A stretch of 64,000 bases of DNA, taken from the NCBI GenBank assembly GCA_964649085.1, contig CAZYPN010000014.1:78-64077 (forward strand). The letters run 5' to 3'. The position numbers and the translations under genes are program-made. Source of the stretch: an uncultured Burkholderiales bacterium (lineage in GTDB: Bacteria > Vulcanimicrobiota > Xenobia > Xenobiales > JADMJV01). Positions 42,701-50,865 of this stretch are shown piece after piece (the first letter of the stretch is position 1; each line of letters starts with the position of its first letter). A model generated the notes under the pieces. It was not told where the DNA came from, made no database searches, and saw only the letters and a program-made list of their open reading frames with translations.

Positions 42701-42966
42701 TCGATGTCCAGCAGGTATTCGGTGGCGTCCACCAGGCGCCAGATCAGGGAAGTCAGGCTCTCGTCGGGGCTCTTCTCCAGATAGAGAGGAACGGCACCGC
42801 GCTCCTGAGCACCGACAGCCAGGCCACGCAGCAGCCAGCTCTTGCCGGAGCCCGAAGGACCCGAGAGATGTAAGTGACCATGCGTGCGTCCGAGAACCCA
42901 GCCCCAGACCTCTTCGAGGGTTTCCTCGCGAGGCCAATACTCCGAAAGAAAATCGTCTAATAACAC
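39769..42966 (-). CDS. STAND/AAA_16-type P-loop NTPase with a long TPR-like helical repeat region (1065 aa); no output domain in cis
   Basis: GTG start. ..PREETLEEVWGWVLGRTHGHLHLSGPSGSGKSWLL has Walker A at residues 36-43, and FVILFDGFEE is a Walker B-like block at 125-134. About 800 aa of helical repeats follow (e.g. ..YMGYVQRAYPLYQEAHQRSL.., ..LEKWNEAEERLRKAITVINA..). Confidence 0.75.
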   Translation of the reverse strand: MLLDDFLSEYWPREETLEEVWGWVLGRTHGHLHLSGPSGSGKSWLLRGLAVGAQERGAVPLYLEKSPDESLTSLIWRLVDATEYLLDIDGESLRLAVSQAFYEQSPPRALLAAFQWLTQEIDSSFVILFDGFEEAVELSELPAWRDFAEGIYLVTAGRARHPVDQLVLQPEHPRNLEELDGYLRKRLDEEHFAQVEQILVKSQGNWRLGYYYALLLRWKVPLPEPENLFETLFEAMGRRLGPEVFRTVHLEILILLAVAQVPVSLELFKAWSNAPEKVAFALFELRDFLSSDGEGSQYDALFTGEHYSLRSPELRDFLLQHPSWRDRVSESHRRVVALALDSSRPANPNPQDADFYAHCFLKYHLAESGRMGDLSRLMHDQETVEQTWALGRLAREQGYEEIGLQLFLVSAHMLERKKAQRSRRFAAQLAEIYADCCHTLTNQGRYSDGAHFGEQALDMLRALVKNERNDNLEGLLTHCLLCLADPYLYMGYVQRAYPLYQEAHQRSLREGQADQAKTIHALRGQARSARALGNADDSLRHGQEALDLARKLTREEGEEWAQYLFELLMEQSETLRGVRETLPENAGPLEHMGMRWESMRLLGEAEGLYHQFQWPGDQELVFLYLEQSMALFDLEKWNEAEERLRKAITVINALPAGESNPADVASLEFLRSHALALMNRIGEASGSLNTLLTPEMMQGMDLSEQALVLFFRAKILSHQGLLRQAEEALDQCIDAYQQAIGLGAEDLSLEQLSARVYQARVRARRGRLQEAMEIAEACRQDLLDFDPSEGAPQLELADVRELQAWIHLHLGQPEAGLECLTEAEEALEHIRATESEADVETERSVCLSTEALIQSALGHHDLAAEKAQAAVEIEQRRAQEGYDQARMWCAIHRQVLARVQRQANRHQAALDVATVSLEELNSLPGNQRNHLGLHLAAAQLELARAQLALEQWNLVREPLRAALSMYENEMWQSKEYLIAPLLDCQRLWLTFCRQSANPEWQERSCWQELFEGWVRWQAHRQEEADNEFVVRARSQLQAWIRSLEPKLRKEWDEQAPAGLHSEAEA

Positions 42967-42993
42967 TCGGTCGGGTTCACTTCCGAGCCCAGG

Positions 42994-43338
42994 TCAACTC
43001 CCCTGCTCTTCTTCGTGAGTGCGGGGAGCTACCAGCCAGTCTGAGAGTTCGCTCCAAAAATGGTCCTCGAACCAGGGAAAGAAGCTGCTGGAGGTCTCTT
43101 CCGGGGTGATTTCCAGGATGATTCGCCAGTGTCCCGGCCGCCGTCCCAGCGGCGACTGTTCCAGCACGAAATATCCCTGCACGGCTTTGAGCCACATAAA
43201 TGCCTGGGCTTCGTCGCGTTGCAGGTTCTGGCAACGAGCGACGTCCAGGCGCAACCCTTCAGTGTGTATGGTGTAGGCGGCTGAATTGGTGATGAATTGA
43301 TGGACTTCCAGGTCACAGGCGCGAATGGAATACTTCAT
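42994..43338 (-). CDS. Hypothetical small protein (114 aa), operon partner of the STAND NTPase
   Basis: It is the longest ORF in the region. Its ATG overlaps the upstream stop (ATGA), third codon positions are C/G-biased, and it ends 27 nt before the NTPase start. No motif recognised. Confidence 0.6.
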   Translation of the reverse strand: MKYSIRACDLEVHQFITNSAAYTIHTEGLRLDVARCQNLQRDEAQAFMWLKAVQGYFVLEQSPLGRRPGHWRIILEITPEETSSSFFPWFEDHFWSELSDWLVAPRTHEEEQGS

Positions 43339-43721
43339 CGCCTGGTGACAGAGTTTGACATTACCTCGAAACTCTGGAGGTCCACTTCGATGGTCTGTTT
43401 CAAGGCGCTACCCTGAGTGACCAGTCGGGCACGGCGCTTGTTGCGATCGATGATGAGTTGTTGCAAGATACCCTCTTTCTCAAAGTCGTGGGAGTTGCGC
43501 AGAACGTAAGCCCGGACTTCCGTCTGGGCCAGTTCCACCTGGGGATCGAGCAGCCAACCACTGCGCATCACCAACTTGGGCTGTAGTAAAAATTTGATGA
43601 AACGGGGGCTTCCCACCTCGAAGAAGGTTCCCATAAGACCTGAGTTGCGCAGGTCCTCCTCCAACTCGGGATGGATTCGCCCTGAAATTGTCTCTGAGCT
43701 CGGTTCGCTAACCATGATCAT
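43335..43721 (-). CDS. Hypothetical small protein (128 aa), first gene of the STAND operon
   Basis: GGAG lies 6 nt upstream of the ATG, and a 133-bp AT-richer spacer precedes it. Residues about 28-60 (GTFFEVGSPRFIKFLLQPKLVMRSGWLL) faintly resemble the PATAN/DUF4388 pattern. This is unverified. Confidence 0.6.
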   Translation of the reverse strand: MIMVSEPSSETISGRIHPELEEDLRNSGLMGTFFEVGSPRFIKFLLQPKLVMRSGWLLDPQVELAQTEVRAYVLRNSHDFEKEGILQQLIIDRNKRRARLVTQGSALKQTIEVDLQSFEVMSNSVTRR

Positions 43722-43854
43722 TTCGTCTCCGCCCTTCTTAAAGAGCTAGCGTTGTTGCAGCGGGGTTACAGCGGAATGTGTGAGTGTCAAGAACTGACAT
43801 ACGCTTACCCCCTCCTACACTTATTGCACCATCCGACCAGGACCAAACGATCCA

Positions 43855-45543
43855 TCAAACGATCCAGTCGAATTGGTCCACCGCCTTGTCCAGTGTTTCG
43901 ATGGTCGCCTGATACAGGGACTGGGCCTCTTCGGGACTGTCGCCCACGCACGTCACGCCCAGTTTACCGAACTGCGACAGGGCGCCGATCATATGGAACA
44001 CCACGCCCGTGTTGGAGGAAGAGTTGTAGTGTAAGCCGGTGTAGGTGGTGATGTCGATCAGGTCCTCAGGAAGCAGGCCGCGATATTTTTCCGACTCCAG
44101 ATTGTCCGAAGCGAAATAGTACTTCGGATTGCCCGTCCCCGACTGGAACAGCCCGGTTTCGGGGTCGTAGCGGCCACCGGTGAGGAATTGCAAAGTGCGG
44201 AACGGGTGGGTGGTGCCGCCCTTGCGCAGGTTGATTTCCACGGCAAAGAGGTCCCACTGGTCTTCTTTGGGAACGCAAAGGAAGTCGATGGAAAGGCGTC
44301 CGATGACGCCCACTTTGGCCAGTTCCTCGCCGATGCGCTGGCCGGCTTCGTGGAGAGGCTTCTGGTAGGCGGGGGCGGCAGGGAAACTGCACCCGATAAA
44401 CACCTGCCCGTCCGGGCCGCCCAGCACCTGGTCATGAGTCGAAATGATTTGGGGTTCTCCCAGCGGCGTGATACGCATCTGCACACTGGGTGAGGCCTTG
44501 AGGTCTCCCTCGATGAATTCTTCGACGATGCCTTCCATTTGCTGGAACTTGCGCAGGTAGCCATCCCAGTTCATGCCTGGGGCCTGGAAGCGAGCCTGAG
44601 TTCGCACCATATCCCGCAGGGTTTTCAGGCAGGCTTTCTTATTGGACCAGTTGCTGACCCCGCCCAGCGGCAAGATAGCGTTGCCATCTCCCGAGAAGCC
44701 GTCATTGATTTTGACCACGACTCTCTTCATCTCGGGACGAAGTTTGTGCAGTTCGAAGATGCCCTCGACAATATCGTCCTCGTTCTTCAGGTCCTCAAAT
44801 CCCGTGGCCAAAGGAATGCCAGCCTCGCGAAAGAGGCGACGGCAGCCGCTCTTGGAGCCATAGCGAAGATGCTTGGGGTCGGGTCCGAGCAGAGGAATGC
44901 CAAGGGCCACCGACAGCGACTTTTCCAGTTGGGTGACATTGAATACCGTGAGGTGACTGTTTTCGGCATTGCCGATGGCTTTGCGAATTCGTCGCAGCAG
45001 ACTGGGACGCTCGAGGATTTTCTGGGTCAGCGATTTGGGTGAAGTGTCATAGACGGCAAACATCTCCAGGCGAGAACGGGCGTGCGAAAATGGAATACCG
45101 GGGAGCAGCTGGAGGTAGTAATCGATGATGAAGGGATGAATGGGTTCAGAAGTTACGAAAATCACCCGGGTCTTGGGCAAACTCAGCAAGATCAACATGA
45201 AGAGCAGCCGCTCTTCGTAGTGTTGTGCGCCTTTTAGCTTCTGAAGTTCCTCTACGTCGAGAGTCATGGAGGGAACCACCACTACGGTCTGAGGAATGTG
45301 ACCGTCGCCACTGAGGCTGCGCCAAAGGTCGGGAATTTTCCGATACAGCTCCTGAAAGATTCGGTCTTCTTCCTTGGAGCCCGCGGCCGGAAGATTGAGG
45401 TCTGCCCAGGCCTGATAAGCCGGCAACACGGGTTGGCGTGCGACCGCCGCTTGCACCTCTCCGGTGGGACCATCCAGGTCCGTCACCTTGAGCCGATTTC
45501 TTCTGGCCATCACCGACCTCCAGCGATTGAGTTGGCTCCCCAT
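43855..45543 (-). CDS. ATP-grasp superfamily protein, PGM1-like peptide/carboxylate-amine ligase type
   Basis: A pre-ATP-grasp-like N-terminal half (..VVVVPSMTLDVEELQKLKGAQHYEERLLFMLILL..VIFVTSEPI..) is followed by an ATP-grasp core (..VVVKINDGFSGDGNAI.., ..VEEFIEG.., ..LFAVEINLRKGGTTHP..). The start may be the internal ATG at 45510 (MARRNRL). Confidence 0.6.
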   Translation of the reverse strand: MGSQLNRWRSVMARRNRLKVTDLDGPTGEVQAAVARQPVLPAYQAWADLNLPAAGSKEEDRIFQELYRKIPDLWRSLSGDGHIPQTVVVVPSMTLDVEELQKLKGAQHYEERLLFMLILLSLPKTRVIFVTSEPIHPFIIDYYLQLLPGIPFSHARSRLEMFAVYDTSPKSLTQKILERPSLLRRIRKAIGNAENSHLTVFNVTQLEKSLSVALGIPLLGPDPKHLRYGSKSGCRRLFREAGIPLATGFEDLKNEDDIVEGIFELHKLRPEMKRVVVKINDGFSGDGNAILPLGGVSNWSNKKACLKTLRDMVRTQARFQAPGMNWDGYLRKFQQMEGIVEEFIEGDLKASPSVQMRITPLGEPQIISTHDQVLGGPDGQVFIGCSFPAAPAYQKPLHEAGQRIGEELAKVGVIGRLSIDFLCVPKEDQWDLFAVEINLRKGGTTHPFRTLQFLTGGRYDPETGLFQSGTGNPKYYFASDNLESEKYRGLLPEDLIDITTYTGLHYNSSSNTGVVFHMIGALSQFGKLGVTCVGDSPEEAQSLYQATIETLDKAVDQFDWIV

Positions 45544-45587
45544 TCCCCATCGGGGAAGTGGCTCCCTTTACGGCGAAGGCCAGCCGG

Positions 45588-46526
45588 ATGAGAGTTCATG
45601 TAACCCGGAAAATTCCCCAACCGGCCCTGCAGACATTGTTTCAAACCGGCTGGGATGTTTTTGTCGGACCCGAGGAAATCCCCAGTCGCTCCCGGTTCCT
45701 GTGGGCTGCAACCGGGGCTCACGGCCTGCTGAGCCTGTTAACCGAGCGTATCGACGCTGAAGTGATGGACCGTTGCCCCCAGCTCAGGGTGATCTCCAAT
45801 TGCGCGGTGGGTGTCGACAATATCGACGTTGCCGAGGCTTCGGCCCGCGGGATCGTGGTGTGCAACACTCCCGGTGTACTCACCGAAGCCTGTGCCGACT
45901 TCACCTGGGCCCTGATTTTGGGCTTGCGACGCCGCCTGCTGGAGGCCGACCAGTGGGTCCGCACCGGCCGCTTTGAAGGTTGGGGGCCCTTGCTTTTGTT
46001 GGGAGGCGACCTGCACGACTGTCGGTTGGGGCTTATAGGGATGGGAGCCATTGCCCAGGCCGTGGCCCGTCGAGCCGCGGCCTTTGGTTGTCAGGTTCAC
46101 TACTGGTCGCGCACGGCCCGAGAGGGTCCCTGGCAGCGCCACCTTCAACTGGATACCCTGTTGCAGGAATGCGATGTGGTCAGCCTGCACGTTCCGCTTT
46201 CAGCCGAAACCCATCACCTGATCAACCGCCATCGTTTGTTCCAGATGCAGGCCGATGCCCTGCTGATCAATACCAGTCGGGGCCCGGTCGTCGACGAGGC
46301 CGCGCTGGCCGAGGTTCTGGCCGAGGGCCATCTGGGGGGAGCGGCTTTGGACGTGTACGAGCGTGAGCCAGAGGTCCATCCTGGCTTGTTGAGCAGCCCC
46401 CGGGTGCTGCTCGCCCCCCATCTTGCCAGCGCTACCCGGGGCACTCGCCTGCGCATGGCCGAACTGGCGGTAGAGAATCTGTGTCGGGTGTTGCGGGGTG
46501 AAGCGCCCTTGCATCAGGTGGTGTGA
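45588..46526 (+). CDS. D-isomer-specific 2-hydroxyacid dehydrogenase (glyoxylate/hydroxypyruvate reductase-like)
   Basis: MRVHVTRKIP.., GVDNIDV, GLIGMGAIAQAVARRA (NAD fold), LINTSRGPVVDE, LDVYEREP, APHLASAT. Confidence 0.85.
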   Translation: MRVHVTRKIPQPALQTLFQTGWDVFVGPEEIPSRSRFLWAATGAHGLLSLLTERIDAEVMDRCPQLRVISNCAVGVDNIDVAEASARGIVVCNTPGVLTEACADFTWALILGLRRRLLEADQWVRTGRFEGWGPLLLLGGDLHDCRLGLIGMGAIAQAVARRAAAFGCQVHYWSRTAREGPWQRHLQLDTLLQECDVVSLHVPLSAETHHLINRHRLFQMQADALLINTSRGPVVDEAALAEVLAEGHLGGAALDVYEREPEVHPGLLSSPRVLLAPHLASATRGTRLRMAELAVENLCRVLRGEAPLHQVV

Positions 46527-46648
46527 AATTGTAACAGGCTGTTCATAAGTGCAGAGTGAACTTCTCTGCGTATTGACCGCAAGCGTCTATGCTGAAGTTG
46601 TTCCGGACGGCATCGTCCGGACAGGTCGCTCCCTCTGAACCTTTCGAT

Positions 46649-46673
46649 AAGCCGGAACCCCGGCTTTTTTTTT
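46649..46673 (+). terminator. Rho-independent terminator-like hairpin with a T9 tract, upstream of the SLH-porin gene
   Basis: AAGCCGG-AACC-CCGGCTT followed by TTTTTTT. It is preceded by two more hairpins, GCAGAG/CTCTGC (46551-46569) and TCCGGACG-GCAT-CGTCCGGA (46602-46621). Confidence 0.65.
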
Positions 46674-46718
46674 GCCCTTTCCAGGCTTGTCGGTCCGGAC
46701 CTAGAAAAGGCCCCCGCC

Positions 46719-49142
46719 ATGAAACGTCAGATCGTAGCTCTGGCCCTGGGGGGCTGGCTGTGCCAAGCCGCCCAGGCGGCCCCTTTGCCCTGGGAAAGCC
46801 CGCGCGCTCAAGATGCCTTGAAAGTATTGGCAGCCAGTGGCGTGTTGCAGGAAAACTGGCTATCCTATCGGGTGGCCAGCCGTTGGGAAATTGCCGTATT
46901 GATGCAGCGACTGTTGCAGCGACTGGAGTCGCAGCCGGAGCTGCTGGCCAGCAAGCTCGAGCGTGAGGCCGTGCAAACTCTGGTCGGGGAAGTCCAGGCT
47001 GAACTTCAGGCTCTCGCGCCCCGAGTCGACGGGCTCGAGCAACAGCTGACCGCGCTCGAGCAGCGGGTCGAGTTCCAGGAGCGTTTTCGCTTTCGCGGTC
47101 GTTTTCTGATGGCCGCCCTCTACCAGGGGGTCAACAACACGGGCAACGATCGCAGCGGCCTGGGAATCGGCTCACTCGACTATCAAGGATTGGCAGGTTC
47201 AACCCTGCTGACCAACGGGGTGCCCCACTCCCCCGAGGGCATCGTTCCGCAGCTCGACCTGGCCCGCGGACGCCCGCTGATTCAAGGCACCAGTTTCACT
47301 TCCACCCTCTACCTGGATGTCGAGCACCAGCCCGACGAGGACTGGCTCTACCAATTACGATTCTATGCTTATACCTCGCAAGGAAATTCGTTGCTCGACG
47401 CCACCTGGGGCACTCCTCAGCCCTATCTGGCCAATCCTTTTACCGGCGCTGGCGGTGGCACCCCCCAGGGTTCGAACCGTGCGCCCTTTAGCAGTATGGG
47501 GTTCGACCGTTTTCGCCTGACCCACGTTCCAACGGGATTTGGTTTGACCCTGGGCAGTTTTCATCCCCGCTTGATTTCCAGCCAGGTATTTACCGGTCAG
47601 GTCAACCCTCGGGTGGGAGATCCTCGCCTGCTCGAGAGCTTCGGAGTCCACGCTTCGGCCGAACACGGGCCTTTTGGTTGGGAGGCCTTTGGGACCTACT
47701 TGCCCGACGGGAATCCCGCCCAGTTGGGGCTTCAGCCCCTGCAGCATCTGGCCTGGGGTGGTGCGCTCAGTTATCAGAACAAGGGCTGGCAAGCCACCTT
47801 GAGCCTGCTCCAGGCTTCGGCCAGTTCTCGTGACGGCAACCCTCGGGCCGTGGGCCTGTCTAACCTGGTGAATGGAAGCACGGGTCAGGTAAATGTCAAC
47901 TGGGTGAACCCCAACGGTTTTTTTGCCGGACAGTTGCCTCCGGCGGCCTCGGCCGGCCGTGGCTCAACCAGCGATCGTCGTCCTGTCCCAGGTCGAGCCG
48001 GGCTCGATGGGGGAGGTCGAGAGGCCAGCTTCGGCCCCCAGCAGCAGCTGGGCCTGGGATTGAATGTGAACTATCGAGATCCTGCTGGCTGGGCCGTGTT
48101 GGGCGAATGGGCCCACACCCGATATCGGCCCAGCCAGAACTCCAGCTTTCAACGCGAGGGCAACCTTTGGAGCCTGGGCACTCAGGTGGAACTGGGAGAG
48201 TCGCGGGAGTTTCAACTCCAGCTGGACTATCGCTCGACCGACGCCACCTACGACCCCATGATTCTCGTGTTTCCTTCTCCCAGCTCGTCCCTGGTGCCCT
48301 TTCGTGTCTACCACCGGTTCCCCGATCACGACCAGTTCTGGCATCTTTACTCGCTCCACGACACCGATCGGTTTCCCCATAATCGCAGGGGGTTCTGGCC
48401 TGCCTTCCGCTGGAATTATGGCCCGGACAGCCACCTGGTGTTGCGGGGACGTTGGTTGGAACAGGTGTCAACCTCGTTGCAAGATGTCCGCTTTCAGCCC
48501 GGCCAGCTCGGGGCCAACGTGCCCAACGAGCAGGTGCTGGGGCATTCGCCAGGATTTTTCGACGTGGTGTTTCGAGAGTTTTCACCCCTGTCTTTCAACG
48601 CCCAGCTGCAGCCCCTTGAGAATCCCCGTGGCCGCGTGACGGCACTGGGGTTAGACCTGCATCATCACTTTGAGGACACTCCCTGGACCCTGGACTTTCG
48701 ATTGGAGCGTCATCACTTTCGCCGTCCCACCCGCTTGCCCGCCAGTTTGGGGGGGAGCCAGAACCGGGTGGACCTGGCCCACAGTCTCGCCCATGTAGGA
48801 CTGGAGTACAAACCCAATTCCAGTTGGAGTTACCGATTGAACTACGACGTGGCAGAAATGCGGGGACACTACGACCCGCTCGGAGTGTACAATCCCTTCG
48901 CCATCAGTAATGACCGGGTCGATTTCCTGAATCGCGACCTGCTCCAGCACGCGCCCGGCCTGGAAGCCACCTGGCATCTGGATAGTCAGACCCGTTGGGA
49001 TATGGGCCTGACTTACTATATCAATATCGATCGCGTGCCTCGCTCTGTATTTGCCGGGCTGCCGGGCGGGCCTCAGGCGACCGCTCATCCGTTTTCGTTC
49101 AATGCCGTGCGCTTGGAAACGCGACTCGAAGTCGATTTCTGA
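46719..49142 (+). CDS. Outer-membrane porin-like protein with an N-terminal SLH domain and coiled coil
   Basis: The signal peptide is MKRQIVALALGGWLCQAAQA. The SLH-like block is ..PRAQDALKVLAASGVLQE..YRVASRWEIAVLMQRLL. A coiled coil (..LQALAPRVDGLEQQLTALEQRV..) is followed by about 650 aa rich in alternating aromatic/Gly beta-strand patterns, ending in ..RLETRLEVDF. Confidence 0.7.
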   Translation: MKRQIVALALGGWLCQAAQAAPLPWESPRAQDALKVLAASGVLQENWLSYRVASRWEIAVLMQRLLQRLESQPELLASKLEREAVQTLVGEVQAELQALAPRVDGLEQQLTALEQRVEFQERFRFRGRFLMAALYQGVNNTGNDRSGLGIGSLDYQGLAGSTLLTNGVPHSPEGIVPQLDLARGRPLIQGTSFTSTLYLDVEHQPDEDWLYQLRFYAYTSQGNSLLDATWGTPQPYLANPFTGAGGGTPQGSNRAPFSSMGFDRFRLTHVPTGFGLTLGSFHPRLISSQVFTGQVNPRVGDPRLLESFGVHASAEHGPFGWEAFGTYLPDGNPAQLGLQPLQHLAWGGALSYQNKGWQATLSLLQASASSRDGNPRAVGLSNLVNGSTGQVNVNWVNPNGFFAGQLPPAASAGRGSTSDRRPVPGRAGLDGGGREASFGPQQQLGLGLNVNYRDPAGWAVLGEWAHTRYRPSQNSSFQREGNLWSLGTQVELGESREFQLQLDYRSTDATYDPMILVFPSPSSSLVPFRVYHRFPDHDQFWHLYSLHDTDRFPHNRRGFWPAFRWNYGPDSHLVLRGRWLEQVSTSLQDVRFQPGQLGANVPNEQVLGHSPGFFDVVFREFSPLSFNAQLQPLENPRGRVTALGLDLHHHFEDTPWTLDFRLERHHFRRPTRLPASLGGSQNRVDLAHSLAHVGLEYKPNSSWSYRLNYDVAEMRGHYDPLGVYNPFAISNDRVDFLNRDLLQHAPGLEATWHLDSQTRWDMGLTYYINIDRVPRSVFAGLPGGPQATAHPFSFNAVRLETRLEVDF

Positions 49143-49179
49143 GCACAGGGAATCTGTCTCCTTTTTCGAAACCCTGCAG

Positions 49180-49383
49180 ATGCGCTACTGGATAATCGGG
49201 CTCATTGTACTGGCTGGATGCTCGGGACCTCGGGTTGACCTGAACGTGGGCAAACTCCGATCGAACCAAAAGCAGCATGTGAAAGCCGCCAATCAAAACG
49301 TCAAGGATCAGACCGGAACGGATCTGGGAACGGTCAAGCCACAGAAACGCAAGTTTGGCATGCCCACGACACCGGTGGAGTAG
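49180..49383 (+). CDS. Small lipoprotein
   Basis: MRYWIIGLIVLAGC has an L-A-G-C lipobox. The start is placed at the ATG at 49180 inside track ORF 49051... Confidence 0.6.
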   Translation: MRYWIIGLIVLAGCSGPRVDLNVGKLRSNQKQHVKAANQNVKDQTGTDLGTVKPQKRKFGMPTTPVE

Positions 49384-49401
49384 AACTCAGCGAGTTCCTC
49401 T

Positions 49402-50853
49402 GTGCTGACAACCCGCCTTCTCTTTTTCGCCTGGTCCATGGCTGCTATCAGCCTGGTCATGGCGGGGGTGGTCGGCGGCAGTTACTGGGGCATTCGGCGT
49501 AAACTCGAGGCTCAGATATACCGGCAATTGTCAGAAGAACTCAGCCCCGGTTCGCTGAGGAATGGTTCGGTTCCCCACCTGGTCTGGCCAGCAGTTGGTC
49601 CTGCCGAGGTCGGCCGACTGGCTTCCCGAGGCATCAGCGTACGCTATTTCGATGCAACAGGCGTGCGGCGCCTTGAGGGTGGGGGAGATGCCGGACTACC
49701 GGCCGAGCGTCCCGAGAAAGTTCGTCAGTTGCTCGGGCAGCGTGCCGACTCACTCCGCTATACCTCCAGTCTGCGCCGGGAAACCTGGCAGATGTGGGCC
49801 CTGCCCGTTTACTCCGACAAAGGTGACTGGGTGGGCGTCCTGGAGGTGGGAACCAGTCTTCGCTATCACCATCAGGTCCTGGAAATTTTGGGGCGCACAT
49901 TGTTGTGGGGGGGGGCTCTGGGGGCGGTCGTCAGCGCTGTGATGGCGGCCTGGCTCTCGCAGTACTTCGGTCGGCCGATCGAATCGATGGCCCGGGTCAT
50001 GAATCGTGTGAGAGGTGGCGAACTCAGCGCCCGCACACAGCCTGGGGGCACCGCCGAAATGCGCCAGATGGCGGTCGACCTGAACCGGATGGTGGAAGAA
50101 TTGGAAAGCTTGCTGGCCAGCCAGCGAACTTTTATCGCCAACGCCTCTCACGAACTCAAGACTCCGCTGACTTCGTTGAGCGCGATGTGTGAATTGCTTC
50201 ATCGACGAGAGGACGAACTGACCGTTGAGCGCCGGGAAAGAGCCTGGAGGGTCGTGGAACGGGAGATCGCCTCGATGAGTGCGCTGGTTCAGGACTTGCT
50301 CGCGCTCTCGCGACTGGAAATGACGGCCTCACCGAGTGTGGGATTTGACCCCCTTCCGCTTCTCGCCGAACTGGCAGAGCATTATACCGATTTGGGCAGA
50401 GTCGAGTTCTGCCTCCGTGGGCAGGGCAGCATGGCAGGCGATCCTGGCGGTTTCTGCAGAGCGGTGCGCAACTTGATTGAGAATGCTTTGCAGCACACCC
50501 CTGAACCCGGTCGGGTGCGGGTTGCGCTGGATTTTCGGGAGGGCCTCTGGCAACTGGAGGTGTGCGATCAGGGGAGCGGGATTGCGCCTGAAGTGCTCGA
50601 CCGCGTTGCCGAACCTTTTTTTCGAGCCGATGTGTCGCGTTCTCGCCGGGCAGGCGGCAGCGGATTGGGCCTGTCTATCGTGGCCGCCTGGGTGGAACAG
50701 CAGGGCGGCAAGTGGAAGATCGAAAGTGATCCTGGCGGCGCCGAATGGTCCACTCGCATCTGCTTGAGCATTCCTTCAGGAAGTCTTCAGGATGACCCTG
50801 GCCAGATCTTCAGTCTCAACCCCTACATTGGAAATGCGCAAAGTCTATCCTGA
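49402..50853 (+). CDS. Sensor histidine kinase (2 TM, HAMP, HisKA, HATPase)
   Basis: The H-box is FIANASHELKTPLTSL. The N box is RNLIENALQHTP. The G boxes are VCDQGSGI and GGSGLGLSIV. There is no adjacent response regulator. Confidence 0.85.
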   Translation: MLTTRLLFFAWSMAAISLVMAGVVGGSYWGIRRKLEAQIYRQLSEELSPGSLRNGSVPHLVWPAVGPAEVGRLASRGISVRYFDATGVRRLEGGGDAGLPAERPEKVRQLLGQRADSLRYTSSLRRETWQMWALPVYSDKGDWVGVLEVGTSLRYHHQVLEILGRTLLWGGALGAVVSAVMAAWLSQYFGRPIESMARVMNRVRGGELSARTQPGGTAEMRQMAVDLNRMVEELESLLASQRTFIANASHELKTPLTSLSAMCELLHRREDELTVERRERAWRVVEREIASMSALVQDLLALSRLEMTASPSVGFDPLPLLAELAEHYTDLGRVEFCLRGQGSMAGDPGGFCRAVRNLIENALQHTPEPGRVRVALDFREGLWQLEVCDQGSGIAPEVLDRVAEPFFRADVSRSRRAGGSGLGLSIVAAWVEQQGGKWKIESDPGGAEWSTRICLSIPSGSLQDDPGQIFSLNPYIGNAQSLS

Positions 50854-50865
50854 AGTTATCTTCAC

